64,000 nucleotides of DNA from Dehalococcoidia bacterium (GTDB lineage: Bacteria > Chloroflexota > Dehalococcoidia > Lucifugimonadales > QGNO01). The stretch lies in contig CBDHCW010000010.1 of NCBI GenBank assembly GCA_965261445.1, positions 95,584 to 159,583 on the forward strand. The letters run 5' to 3'. The position numbers were made by a program, and so were the translations under genes. A model generated the notes under the pieces. It was given only the letters and a program-made list of their open reading frames with translations, ran no database searches and was not told where the DNA came from. Of the stretch, positions 48,301-57,876 are shown in pieces (position 1 is the first letter of the stretch; each line of letters opens with the position of its first letter).

Positions 48301-49708
48301 CCACTCCGTAGGAGAGCATTTCAACCACCTGGTTGAATCTCTCCCGGGGTAGATTCTGATATGGATAAGCGCGGCGGCACAGGTTGTAGAGGGCATCCTC
48401 GTCCCAATCCTGGGAAGCGCACTCGGCAACTATCTGCTGCGCCAGTACGTCCAACGGCCAGGGAGGAATGGCCAATCTATCCAGATTACCCCTGTTGAAA
48501 CCACGGACCAGCGCCATGCACTCCAGCAGTTCGTCTCGTGTCAGCGGGAACAAACGTCCCTTGGGCAGGCCGGTCAAGGAGTGCCCGGACCTGCCTACCC
48601 TTTGCAACAAGAGGCCAATGGAGCGCGGGGAACCTATCTGGCAGACAAGGTCTATGGAGCCGATGTCTATGCCCAGCTCCAGCGACGCCGTGGCTACGCA
48701 GACCTTGATGTCCCCTTCTTTGAGCCTCTTCTCTGCGTCGTGGCGCGTTTTCTGGGAGAGGCTACCGTGATGCGCCGCCACGGACTCCTCTCCCAATCTT
48801 TCCGAAAGTAGGTGCGCCACCCGCTCCACCAGGCGACGCGTGTTCACGAAGACAAGAGTAGTAGTGTGGCTCTTGACCTCGCCGGCTATCTTGTCTAGTA
48901 CCCTGCCCCACAGCTCATGAGAGGCGATGGGGCCCAGCTCGTCGTCGGTAAGATCTATAGCCAGGTCCATCTCTCTGGCGTGACCCGTATCTACAATCAG
49001 ACAGCTTGGCTTGCCTTCAGCATCGATCTCGCCGGCGCCTACCAGAAATCCAGCCAGCTCCTCAATGGGCCGCTGCGTGGCGGACAAACCGATTCTGGTT
49101 ACCGGACCGCTTGCCAGGTTGCAAAGCCGTTCCACGGAGATGCTGAGGTGCGAGCCGCGCTTGTCGTCGGCCACTGCGTGGAGCTCATCCAGGATGAGGC
49201 TCTTCACCTGTCGCAGAGACTGACGGCCGCTCTTGGACGTCAGCAGGATGTACAACGACTCAGGCGTCGTGATCAATATATGCGGAGGTTGCTTTGCCAT
49301 GGCCTGTCGCTGGCTGGGAGAGGTATCCCCGGTGCGCACCGCCACACGTATCTCCGGTAGAGGCGTGCCATTGCGTTCCGCCATCTCCCCTATTTCCTGA
49401 AGAGGGACAGAGAGATTTCTATGAATGTCGTTGGACAGCGCCTTCAAGGGAGATACGTAGACTACCTGGGTGGTGTCCGGCAGACCGCCGTCCAAGCCGG
49501 CCTTCACCAGGTTGTCCAGACAGGTGAGGAAGGCAGCCAGCGTCTTCCCTGAGCCGGTGGGCGCCGCAATCAGGGTGTGTTTACCCTCAGCAATGGCCGG
49601 CCAGCCCTTGGCCTGCGCCTCCGTAGGGCCATCGAACCGCTGGTTGAACCAGTCCCGTATAAGTGGATGGAATCTTTGAAGGCTCACACCCCAACCCTCA
49701 TAGCTCAT
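45365..49708 (-). CDS. lhr: Lhr family DEAD/H helicase, long form
   Basis: APTGSGKT, SPLKALSND, DELH, HHGSLS, LELGIDIG, QRVGRSGH; C-terminal RGGRFVAGFIGEQFA. Confidence 0.9.
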   Translation of the reverse strand: MSYEGWGVSLQRFHPLIRDWFNQRFDGPTEAQAKGWPAIAEGKHTLIAAPTGSGKTLAAFLTCLDNLVKAGLDGGLPDTTQVVYVSPLKALSNDIHRNLSVPLQEIGEMAERNGTPLPEIRVAVRTGDTSPSQRQAMAKQPPHILITTPESLYILLTSKSGRQSLRQVKSLILDELHAVADDKRGSHLSISVERLCNLASGPVTRIGLSATQRPIEELAGFLVGAGEIDAEGKPSCLIVDTGHAREMDLAIDLTDDELGPIASHELWGRVLDKIAGEVKSHTTTLVFVNTRRLVERVAHLLSERLGEESVAAHHGSLSQKTRHDAEKRLKEGDIKVCVATASLELGIDIGSIDLVCQIGSPRSIGLLLQRVGRSGHSLTGLPKGRLFPLTRDELLECMALVRGFNRGNLDRLAIPPWPLDVLAQQIVAECASQDWDEDALYNLCRRAYPYQNLPRERFNQVVEMLSYGVAPREGRRNAYLHRDAVNRKLKARRGARLASLTSGGAIPENADYDVIAEPDNTFVGTVNEDFAIESMRGDVFLLGNTPWRILRVESGRLRVEDAQGAAPSIPFWIGEAPGRTNELSDEVSDLREELYQRSQDGNGVQWLVSQGFSREVAEQASAYIVEGMRVLGSVPTKKRIVAERFFDEAGGMQLVIHAPFGSHVNKAWGMSLRKEICRTFDFELQASATEDGINLSLGPSMTFPIDNVFKYISSRKAQEVLEQAILQAPLFGIRWRWDATRALAILRFAGGKKVPPPFQRMRSEDLLAAVFPEQVACQDNAMPGDIEIPDHPLVFETMRDALNEAMDVEGMRRVLEGVEKGSIEVFARDTVQPSVFSHQILNAMPYAFLDDVPLEERRSRAVVLRRALPEDSRDLGTLDASAVENGSQDAWPVVRDADELHDALLTLGILPERDIGRGANLVEKDGWLDWFNELVGEGRALKALYGNGRMAWIARENVPLVSAAFPEARFDPTLNGALAETEPPGQDEAELILVRNRVECSGPFTPAGMAEALGMRKGAVDIALAHLEATGGVLRGYFTPGLEDEEFCDRRILARIHKDTITRLRREIEPVSSAEFMRFLFRWQHASASWRARGEDGLLEVIEQLQGFEASASSWESDILPSRMETYLPSTLDSLCLAGEVVWGRFSRRPTDGQAPLARTPLSRSGTVALCLREALPWLLHEVPPEGYQVTGAAADVRDFLSSYGASFLPDIIAGTKRMPSEVENALWQLVAAGLVTADGFNALRGLVSGAAKRVKRSSRFKRRSRAGRPSASRWSLLQTRYAPDNAVEERAIQLLHRYGVVFPDLLAREPMAPSWRTLLQFYRRSEARGEIRGGRFVAGFIGEQFALPEAIETLRNMRRSEPDERLMSLSASDPLNLAGILTPGAKVPAVNGNRIIYRDGIPLASKQGGELHVHTELDEETRARAVDLLGLGRRISAKAGALASVP

Positions 49709-49878
49709 AAGTTCTTTGGAAAGAAGATTATACCCCCTTTCATCCGGAATTGTCGCCCATGCGCGGACAAATTGCTATACTGGAAGACGGGATCAACGAC
49801 TACTAGGGAGTGGGCTACGCGTACCAACAAATCCGGCTGTGAGTTGCTCATGGACAGAGCCTGGAAAGAAGGGCGGCT

Positions 49879-50784
49879 ATGTTTTCAAAAATCCTCGTGC
49901 CTCTGGACGGGTCGTCACTTGCGGAACAAGTGTTGCCATACGTGCGACAGCTAGGAAAGTATTTCCACTCTAACATCCGGTTGATACGCGCCATTGAGCC
50001 TGTGCCACCCGATCTGGCGGACCCAAAACACGGCTTGTATTTGGACAGAGTGGCCATCAGCCTGCGTAACGACGCCAGGCTGTACCTCAACACGACAGCG
50101 CGACCTATACGAAAGAGCGGGCTGAGCGTTGTCAGCCGGGTCCATGAGAGTGATGCCGCGGCCTGCATAGTGCGGGAAGCAGAGCAAGACCCTGGCACGC
50201 TGGTTGCAATGACCACCCACGGACGAACCGGCCTAGGGCGCTGGATGTTGGGAAGTATCACGGACAAGGTGCTTCATGCCGTACCAAACCCTTTGCTCGC
50301 AGTCAGGGCAAAAGACGAACGGGATTTTTCCAGGGACGCCGCGATCGAGCAGGTTGTGGTGCCGCTTGACGGATCGTCCATAGCGGAGCAGGCATTGCCC
50401 CTGGCGTCTTCCATAGCCCAAGCGCTGTCCATCAAAATAGTGCTGCTGAGAGCTACCCCTACTACCCTGGCCTATTACCAGGGTAGAGATTACTTCAATA
50501 CATCAGTGGAAGAGGTATTAGAAGAAGAGGCCAGGGCGGCCGTTAAGTACCTCCACGATACGGCCTTGAAGTTCAACGAGGAGGGCGTATCCCAGATGGA
50601 CGAACTTGTCGTCCACGGCAGCCCTGCATCCACCATTATCAATGCAGTCCACGATCTCCCCAACTGCCTGATAGCAATGACAACGCATGGCCGTTCCGGG
50701 GTAGAGCGCTGGGTGTTGGGCAGCGTAGCCGACCGGGTGATACGCAGCTCGGAGTGTCCCGTGCTACTGATCAGGGCAACCTGA
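49879..50784 (+). CDS. Tandem-domain universal stress protein
   Basis: Two VPLDGS...MTTHGR.G..RW.LGS repeats. Confidence 0.9.
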   Translation: MFSKILVPLDGSSLAEQVLPYVRQLGKYFHSNIRLIRAIEPVPPDLADPKHGLYLDRVAISLRNDARLYLNTTARPIRKSGLSVVSRVHESDAAACIVREAEQDPGTLVAMTTHGRTGLGRWMLGSITDKVLHAVPNPLLAVRAKDERDFSRDAAIEQVVVPLDGSSIAEQALPLASSIAQALSIKIVLLRATPTTLAYYQGRDYFNTSVEEVLEEEARAAVKYLHDTALKFNEEGVSQMDELVVHGSPASTIINAVHDLPNCLIAMTTHGRSGVERWVLGSVADRVIRSSECPVLLIRAT

Positions 50785-50791
50785 CGGGTGA

Positions 50792-50877
50792 GGGCGTCCC
50801 TTGGCCCCCCAGGAGATGCTTCGTCGGCAGGGGTGGTTTTAGTGCAAACGGGGTCTAACCGACTCCTCAGCATGACA
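50792..50877. repeat. ~85-bp dispersed repeat, copy 2
   Basis: Reverse complement of 36516..36595. Confidence 0.8.
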
Positions 50878-50979
50878 GGGCGCCCCGCCCGCCGCGGGAC
50901 TCTTTTCGCGCCCCCTATTGTGCCCTTGAAAGAATAGCCTTATTATATTCGTGTGGTTCAGGCGAGGTAAGGAGCTAGG

Positions 50980-51201
50980 ATGAACGCTATCCCATTCTTT
51001 GGGTCACAGATTACTGACGATTACACCAAGACGGCAATCAAGTTGCAGCAGGCCACCCATGAGCAATGGTCGGTGGACTGGCAAACTCTAACGCTTGTCT
51101 GCCGGCACGGTATTTCGCTAAGCCCCCCGGCTTGCGCCAGGAAATCAGCAGCCAACTTGAGGGAATACGCAACTGCCCGGCATGACAAGCCCAAGAGTTG
51201 A
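50980..51201 (+). CDS. Small hypothetical protein
   Basis: AAGGAG RBS before ATG; no recognisable motif. Confidence 0.35.
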   Translation: MNAIPFFGSQITDDYTKTAIKLQQATHEQWSVDWQTLTLVCRHGISLSPPACARKSAANLREYATARHDKPKS

Positions 51202-51220
51202 GGCGGCGCTGTTCCACTAG

Positions 51221-51815
51221 CTAGCCCGTGACGAGTCTCAAAGATTCAGCGTCTTCCTCGGTCAACGTCTTGCCCTGGTTGAACGTGCTAACCAAGATGT
51301 AAGTCCGCCTAGTATCCGTGACTGGGGCTCTCACCTGTATCCGGTAGCCAAGCTCGTACTCCCACGGATCTCCCTGTGTAGCAGACATTACTACACGGTC
51401 CACGTCAGCAAAAACAACTGTCGGCTTTAATCCGCCCCGAACAATACAGCCTGGAAGCCCGTTGAAGTTGCGTGATTCAAATGCATCAGCAGGCGCCTGG
51501 CCATACATGTCCATATTGCACTGATTGGGGTACCTAGGATACTCGATAAATAGCTGCGTAGGCCCAGACGCAGCACTTGTCTTGACGTACATAAACCTTG
51601 CGTAGGGTATGATGCCTTCGCGGTCGTTCACTTCAACGCCGCCGAAGGCGAAAGAGACCGGAATGTAGTCTGGGACGTAAACAAAGCCAAGTGCTTCCTC
51701 AATCTCGGCTATTGGAATGTCATCCTCCTGGCTAGCGCAGCCGATCAACAAGACGGCGCTTGCAATAAGGATGATGCGTAGAATACGGAGCCTCGCCTTG
51801 GCCCCCGGCTTTCAT
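51221..51815 (-). pseudogene. Putative lipoprotein, frameshifted in signal peptide (G5 run at 51802-51806)
   Basis: Removing one G gives MKAGAKARLRILRIILIASAVLLIGC fused to the 51221..51751 ORF. Confidence 0.55.
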
Positions 51816-51920
51816 GGGCTGTTCAATACCTATAGTAATCAGCAGCCACTTAGTTTGCCAGCCTCTCTGGATTAGCAGACCTTCCGATTCCCTCACATAC
51901 TACACGTTCGCATAGCTAAG

Positions 51921-53180
51921 CTAATCCGCCACTTCCCTCAGAGGCTGTAATTCTCCAGGTCCACCCGGCCCTTTCTTGACCGTGGCGCGAGGGCCGGTTT
52001 CAGGCAAGAGGATTCCCGCTATGAGCAACGTGACTGGCAGCAGCGCAAGCAACGTTAGGCTGGGTAGATAGGTTCCCAGCAAATCCGTGCTCACGCCCAC
52101 CAAGACCGGTCCGGCGAGGCTGAGCAGATTGCCCACTGCAAGTCCGGCGGCAAGCACCATGGCGATCTCTTGAGCCGATTTCTGAGGAAGCTCCGTTGCC
52201 ACGGTGAAGACCATGGAGATGAATACCCATTGCGATATTCCAAGTGCGATTACAGACGCGTAAATCAGGGGCTGGTTGTTGAAGAGAAACGTGCCAAACC
52301 CGGAGGCGACGTATAGAATCCCCGCCCCTATCAGAAACGGGCGCCTCAATCCCAATCTGGCGGAAGCCAGGCCCGCCACGGGACTTACCACCAGGCCAAT
52401 GAAGGCGGGGATGCCAATGATGAAACCCGCTTTTGACAAAGAAAACCCGAAGACTTCGTTGTAGTAGGTGGGCAGCCAAGAGCTGAAGCTCAAATAGGTC
52501 AGGAACGGGCCAACAAAGGCCAAGGATATCAGGATAGTGGTCCTTTCCCTGAGAACGCTGAGCAACTTTGGGATGGAGGGGGAGCTGACCGATACCCTGT
52601 CTTCCGCCGGTTCCTTACCCAAGACCACCCAAGCTATGGCTCCCGCCAGGGCCACTCCGCCAAAAACAAACAGCGTTATGTCCCAGCCGAAGAGGTTGGA
52701 AATGGGTACGCCTATGAATAGCGATATAGCCATGCCGCCCGTCTGCCCCATCCAGTTGATCCCGTTAACCACGGGCAGTTCCCGGCGGTCGAACCATTGT
52801 GAAGCCACGGCTCCCACCAGGGGGATTACGACTCCGGCGCCGAAAGCAAAGACCACCCGCCAGGCAACGTGTCCGGCGAAGTTGGGCATGAACGGCGCCA
52901 GCGTACCCGCCGACATCAGAAAGGCGCCAACAGCAAATGTCCTATGTATACCGAAGCGCGCCGCCAGAAAGCCCGACGGTACGTTGCCCACAGCCAGCAT
53001 CAAAGCCATAACCGCAACCAGGATGCTGACCGTGCTCCTGTCCAGACTGTATTCGTCCATTATCAGGGGAAACAACGGGGCCGGCGCCAGTACGTTGATG
53101 CCAATGCTCAACTGGGCCACTACAAGTAGACCTTCTATGACCCAGCGGTATCTGCTTCTGGAGGGTTGCTGCATCTCCAT
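51921..53180 (-). CDS. MFS transporter (CynX/NimT-like)
   Basis: About 12 TM, GFLAARFG, QWFDRRE, SWLPTYY. Confidence 0.82.
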   Translation of the reverse strand: MEMQQPSRSRYRWVIEGLLVVAQLSIGINVLAPAPLFPLIMDEYSLDRSTVSILVAVMALMLAVGNVPSGFLAARFGIHRTFAVGAFLMSAGTLAPFMPNFAGHVAWRVVFAFGAGVVIPLVGAVASQWFDRRELPVVNGINWMGQTGGMAISLFIGVPISNLFGWDITLFVFGGVALAGAIAWVVLGKEPAEDRVSVSSPSIPKLLSVLRERTTILISLAFVGPFLTYLSFSSWLPTYYNEVFGFSLSKAGFIIGIPAFIGLVVSPVAGLASARLGLRRPFLIGAGILYVASGFGTFLFNNQPLIYASVIALGISQWVFISMVFTVATELPQKSAQEIAMVLAAGLAVGNLLSLAGPVLVGVSTDLLGTYLPSLTLLALLPVTLLIAGILLPETGPRATVKKGPGGPGELQPLREVAD

Positions 53181-53382
53181 CCCACAAAAAACGCGGCTCC
53201 TGAGAGCCGCACTTGTTGTTTCAAAGTAATATCAGTTCAACTTACACTGGAATTATAGCGCAGCGTTGGAACGTAGTCGATAGAAGCTCAACCGTATAGG
53301 CGAGTGCAAAAAGAATTCTAGGCCCGATTTACAAAAGTGTCACAAACTCGCTTGGCGTGACGTTGCGGGGCGTGAGAGAATA

Positions 53383-53455
53383 CGCAATGAAGGGCGTCTA
53401 CCCCGAGGAGCGTTGCCGCCAGCAACGCCAAACCTCACAGACGCCCTTCATTGCA
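53383..53455 (-). ncRNA. Candidate promoter-driven long hairpin RNA (C4-like)
   Basis: 16-bp perfect outer stem GCAATGAAGGGCGTCT/AGACGCCCTTCATTGC with nested stems; TTGAAA-17-TAATAT just upstream on the minus strand. Confidence 0.45.
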
Positions 53456-53544
53456 TAAATATTAACGCTAGCGATAGCATTTTTCAATTCGCCGCAAAGA
53501 GGACACTAGAAGCTAAACTCGACTTTGCTTGATGGAGGGGTACA

Positions 53545-53757
53545 GTGGACGAAAACGAGCTCAAAGACAGAGAAGGTCATCGGCTGTTTGTATTCTTGCT
53601 ATGTCTTCTTGTTGTTCTCCCAGGCGTGGTTGGAGTCACTTGACTGCTGCTCTACTTCGGAGAAGGTGCATTGTTGGCAGATATTGCGAAGGTGTCTCTA
53701 GGATTCTTTGCTGGCATAGGAAGCGGCACCTATATAGCACGTAGAAGGCGTGCATGA
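53545..53757 (+). pseudogene. Small two-helix membrane protein with in-frame TGA at 53641
   Basis: GGAGGGG RBS; VDENELKDREGHRLFVFLLCLLVVLPGVVGVT*LLLYFGEGALLADIAKVSLGFFAGIGSGTYIARRRRA*. Confidence 0.35.
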
Positions 53758-53845
53758 GGGGCCACAGAGTGGAGCCTAGCCCTGGATTGCTGTAGCCTGC
53801 GCTGCACCGGTGCATACCCGCCGCCGGTAGTCCTTAGATGGAGGA

Positions 53846-54712
53846 TTGGTAGAAATGACACGTATGCAAACGCTGGCCGCTAGGCTCAATGAAATGTGCA
53901 ATGAACTACCGTTTCATACAGGGTGGCACTTGAAAGACGTATCCTCCGGGGAATCGTCCCACCTGAACGGCGACGTAGTGGTCCCGTCCGCCAGCACCCG
54001 CAAGATCGCTATCCTGATAGCCGCCCTCAAAGCCGTAAACCAGGGCAAATTCAGATTAGACCAGCCTGTTGTGGTGCAGTCCAAGTATCAGAACAACGAT
54101 TCAGGTTGCTTTCAGCACTTGAGGCCGGGGTTTGCTATAACTCTCCAGGACGCCCTGGTAATGATGATCATAGTCAGCGACAACACGTGTACAGGCGCAA
54201 TCTCAGACATGGTTGGCCTAGACAATGTCAACGCTGTCTGCCAGTCAATAGGCATGAAGGGCACCAATCACCTGGTCGGCCTGCCGCCTCTGGGCCTGGG
54301 CCGTAATCACTCGCTGGGCCAGGTAAACACCACTACTCCAAATGACGTTGGCTTGCTGCTTGACCTAATCCTGCAGGGTTCCTCAGACCCCACGGCAGCG
54401 GACAAGTTGGGCTGCACCACAGAGCTATGCCGGCTGGCCATTGATATTCTCAGCTGGCAGAAACTGCGCAACAAGCTGCCCGCTCTGCTGCCGCTGGGCA
54501 CAAGGGTTGCGCACAAAACGGGGACCGGCTACGAATCGCGAAACCTAAATGATGTAGGGATTATCTATCAAGGCAACGAGCCGTTGTTCATACTCTCCGT
54601 TTATACGGAGAACGTCCACGCGGAACTGCCGGATGGACAAGCGGGACATGCCGCTGCTTCAGCACTCATCTCACGCATATGCAGAGAGTGCTACGATGCC
54701 CTGAAGCGCTAG
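53846..54712 (+). CDS. Serine hydrolase, class A beta-lactamase-like fold (cytoplasmic)
   Basis: SASTRK (SxxK), SDN, HKTG; no signal peptide. Confidence 0.8.
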   Translation: MVEMTRMQTLAARLNEMCNELPFHTGWHLKDVSSGESSHLNGDVVVPSASTRKIAILIAALKAVNQGKFRLDQPVVVQSKYQNNDSGCFQHLRPGFAITLQDALVMMIIVSDNTCTGAISDMVGLDNVNAVCQSIGMKGTNHLVGLPPLGLGRNHSLGQVNTTTPNDVGLLLDLILQGSSDPTAADKLGCTTELCRLAIDILSWQKLRNKLPALLPLGTRVAHKTGTGYESRNLNDVGIIYQGNEPLFILSVYTENVHAELPDGQAGHAAASALISRICRECYDALKR

Positions 54713-54814
54713 ACACGGGGCTCACTCTGTCTGACCTGTACCATTTGTCCTGACGGAATAAGACTCAATTGTTCCCCGTGCCCAAGACTGATATAATTGG
54801 GCCGCTTGCAGTAG

Positions 54815-55396
54815 CTAGCCATAGGTGCTTGGTTTTGACAGCACAAAATTGATGAACATGGGTTTCAGGATCTTGTACCTGAAGTCCGCGGAGAATCTAC
54901 CCAGGCTCAGGACCGTCCCCATGCTGACGTAGTTGAACGGGTTGAGGACATTCAGCAGCTTCGACCGGGAACGGGTCAGCCAGCCAAACCGATGTAAACA
55001 CCTCAAGAGCCGTTGAAATCTCGCAATCTCGGGCTGCAGTTGCTCCCTGATATCGGAATCGAAATCGTGGGCGTAGATACCGTCGCCATACTTCACGCTG
55101 TAGCTGAACCGGGTATCGAGCAGTTCGATGCCGAACCGTTCCATCAACAACAGGATGTGCTGATATACAGACGGAATTAAGGCGGTAACGGAAATGTCGA
55201 AGGGAACCGAGCTGCCGTCTTCTTGCGGCATATCGGCTGTATAAGCATTGCCGCCACCCTGTTCCTGGGCTTCGAACAGCCGGAAGTCAAATCGATCCGG
55301 GTGATGATGCAACGCCCATGCCGCCCCCAGCCCGGACACACCTCCACCAACTATAGCTATACGCCCCGGAATTGTCTTGCTCCCGCCGGTTTCCAT
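54815..55396 (-). pseudogene. FAD/NAD(P)-binding oxidoreductase, apparently 3'-truncated
   Basis: IAIVGGGVSGLGAA, FEAQEQGGGNAYT; ends abruptly at 193 aa. Confidence 0.55.
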
Positions 55397-55526
55397 GATC
55401 TCCTATTGTACAACGTTCTCATTGCGCTCCACCGGCTTCGGTGCTGGGCGTGGTTCGTTGACAGCGCATCATAGGTCGCATTATCATTGCAGCTAGATTC
55501 ACTTTTTGCGTAAAGAGGGTGAGAGT

Positions 55527-55706
55527 TTGGTCCAAGTGAGCATTTCCGAAGGGGAGAGTTTCGACAGCCTGCTGAGGCGCTTCACTAAGAAGGTGCAGCA
55601 AGACGGCATCCTTTCCGAAGCCCGTCGCAGAGAGCACTTCGAACCCCCCAGCATAAAGCGTAAGAAGAAGGCAGCCGCCAAACGCCGCAAGAGTTCCAGG
55701 CGCTAA
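55527..55706 (+). CDS. rpsU: 30S ribosomal protein S21
   Basis: EGESFDSLLRRFTKKVQQDGILSEARRREHFEPPS. Confidence 0.95.
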   Translation: MVQVSISEGESFDSLLRRFTKKVQQDGILSEARRREHFEPPSIKRKKKAAAKRRKSSRR

Positions 55707-55742
55707 CCGGCCTTTTCCCCCAGAACCGTAACTTTTCTAAAG

Positions 55743-56189
55743 ATGTCACTCCAGGAACGCCTTTCAGAAGACCTGAAGGACGCGATGCGCCGGAAAGACG
55801 AAATCCGCCGTTCCACCATCCGCTTCATCCGTGCTGCCGTACAAAACCAGGAAATCGATAAAAGGAAAGCCCTAGACGACGATGAGATCATAGGCGTCCT
55901 CAGTAGTTTGGTGCGCCAGCATCAAGAAAGCATTACTGAATTCAAGAAAGCAGACCGGCAGGACCTGGTAGGGAAGGAAGAGGCCGAACTGCGTATCATC
56001 CGTGAGTATATGCCCAAGCAGATCCCTGAAGAAAAGCTCGCCGAGCTGGCCAGGGAAGCCATTTCTCAAACAGGCGCCTCCGGCCCCGGCGACATGGGCA
56101 AGGTGATGGGACTCCTCATGCCGCAGGTACGCGGGCGCGCAGACGGCGCCCAGGTCAGCAGCGTAGTTAGGCAACTCCTCTCAGCCTAA
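55743..56189 (+). CDS. yqeY: GatB/YqeY domain protein
   Basis: LKDAMRRKD, EYMPKQI, DMGKVMG, GRADG; follows rpsU. Confidence 0.9.
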   Translation: MSLQERLSEDLKDAMRRKDEIRRSTIRFIRAAVQNQEIDKRKALDDDEIIGVLSSLVRQHQESITEFKKADRQDLVGKEEAELRIIREYMPKQIPEEKLAELAREAISQTGASGPGDMGKVMGLLMPQVRGRADGAQVSSVVRQLLSA

Positions 56190-56258
56190 CGTGACCCTCC
56201 ACGTGATCCGGTTGTCGTTGTTGTAGACGACAAGGTGGAGGTTGTGCGAGGCGGCTGC

Positions 56259-57287
56259 CTACAGTTTGTCTATGACAAGCTCCTTCATTGCTTTCAGGCG
56301 CTGGGGGCGGTCCAGGTCGGGGACGTTGAGGTTGTACTGCGCAACACCCAAACCGGCCAGACGGCGTATCCGTTCGATGCATTCATCGGGAGTGCCCGTC
56401 ATGCCGCGGTACCGTTCGTTGAGGTAGTCCCGTACGCCGTACTCCTCGGCCAGACGGTCGTACTCCTGCAGCTGTTCCATGGACGGCCTGCCGTGGGTCG
56501 TCAGATCGTAGGCCAGCGATAGCTTCTTGATCCCTTCTTTGTAACGGTCTGGGATGAATTTGCCCTCCAGGGTATAGCGGCCCAGGTAGTTGGCCTCGCG
56601 GGTGGCACCGCCCTGTTGCTCCAAAGGCGCGTTGCCCGGATCCGTGTAGACGTTGAAGGCAACATTCCACCAGATATCTAGGTCTGTCAGGGCGCGCCCC
56701 GCTGCTGCTGCACCCTCCTCAACCGCCTGCAGGGCGCCCTGCGCCACATCGGGGGAAGTGCCCGAGCCGATGATAACGCCGTCGGCTATTTCACCGGCGA
56801 GGCGCATTCCTCTCACAGCGATGGCTGCGATGTAGATGGGGATGCGCCGCTTGGCCCAGGTCAGCCGGGAAACGCCGCCCTGGTACTCGGCGCGGCCTTG
56901 GGCCAGGAGGTCGCGCACGGCAATGACATACTCCCTGAGAGACGCCACCGACGAGGCCCTGTTGCCCGCGTTGTATACGCCGCTGTTCCCAGTGCCGATG
57001 CCTATGCTGACCCTGCCGGGGGCAATTTCATCGAGGGCGGCGGCGGCGCTGGCGGTGACCACGGGGTGCCGCGTAACGGGGTTGGTGACCCATGGGCCAA
57101 GCCGAACGTTGGTGGTGTTGAGCGCGGCCACGGTGCAAGCGACCCAGGGGTCGCGGTAGAGTGCGGGTGAATCGGCGATGCCCATGCGGTGATATCCGAG
57201 GCTTTCCACGGCGCGGGCCCATTCGATAACGTCCTGATAGGAGCCTGGACGTGAACTGGTGGAGAATTTGACGTCCATTGAATCCAT
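56259..57287 (-). CDS. LLM-class (luciferase-like, possibly F420-dependent) oxidoreductase
   Basis: GIADS..LYRDPW, LGPWVTNPVTRHP, GIGTG, LAGEIADG, GTPDEC. Confidence 0.85.
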   Translation of the reverse strand: MDSMDVKFSTSSRPGSYQDVIEWARAVESLGYHRMGIADSPALYRDPWVACTVAALNTTNVRLGPWVTNPVTRHPVVTASAAAALDEIAPGRVSIGIGTGNSGVYNAGNRASSVASLREYVIAVRDLLAQGRAEYQGGVSRLTWAKRRIPIYIAAIAVRGMRLAGEIADGVIIGSGTSPDVAQGALQAVEEGAAAAGRALTDLDIWWNVAFNVYTDPGNAPLEQQGGATREANYLGRYTLEGKFIPDRYKEGIKKLSLAYDLTTHGRPSMEQLQEYDRLAEEYGVRDYLNERYRGMTGTPDECIERIRRLAGLGVAQYNLNVPDLDRPQRLKAMKELVIDKL

Positions 57288-57419
57288 GCTATGCGGGTGA
57301 AGCGAGGAGTGTCAATTGTAGCCATCTATCCTCCCTGATATGATGGCTTATTGTGGAGAGGGATGATCAACCCTCTCCACCTTCTTGGATAGGGCGACCA
57401 TTCAGGGACGGAGGCGCTA

Positions 57420-57827
57420 GTGAGCAGCATATGGGTTGTTGGTTCGGCGGCTGTGCTTGCCTCAGTCGCAGCTAACCTGATAATACGGGCGATTGCCGTA
57501 CCGGCATTGGACATCTCCGACGAGTTCATGCCCATGGAGATACCTCGCATCGTGTTTTTTACTGTAATAGGCACGGGCGCCGGAGTGGTGGCTTTTCACT
57601 TCATCAGACAACGGGCCAGCCGGCCCGCGAGGACGTTCATCATAGTAGCCGTTGCGGCGCTTGCCGGATCCTACGCACCCAACTTGTTTCTCCTGTTCGC
57701 CGGGTCGCAGGACGCGTTCCCCGGGCTAACGGATTCGGCGGTTGTGGCGCTGATGTTCATGCATTTGGCTGCAACGGTAATCACAGTGGGGACTCTGGTG
57801 TGGTGGGAACTCCGAGGCAGCGGATGA
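57420..57827 (+). CDS. Small four-helix membrane protein
   Basis: GGAGG RBS; hydrophobic segments; ALMFMH. Confidence 0.6.
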   Translation: MSSIWVVGSAAVLASVAANLIIRAIAVPALDISDEFMPMEIPRIVFFTVIGTGAGVVAFHFIRQRASRPARTFIIVAVAALAGSYAPNLFLLFAGSQDAFPGLTDSAVVALMFMHLAATVITVGTLVWWELRGSG

Positions 57828-57876
57828 TTCGTGGAGATTCAGAACGTAGAAGAATGCACCAAGCGGAGGTCTGTAT

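Noticed and set aside
53641..53643. Selenocysteine read-through of the in-frame TGA
   Set aside because: Membrane-helix context, no redox motif and no evident SECIS hairpin directly downstream
53846..54712. Functional beta-lactam resistance gene
   Set aside because: No signal peptide and no evident omega-loop ExxLN motif; better called a generic serine hydrolase
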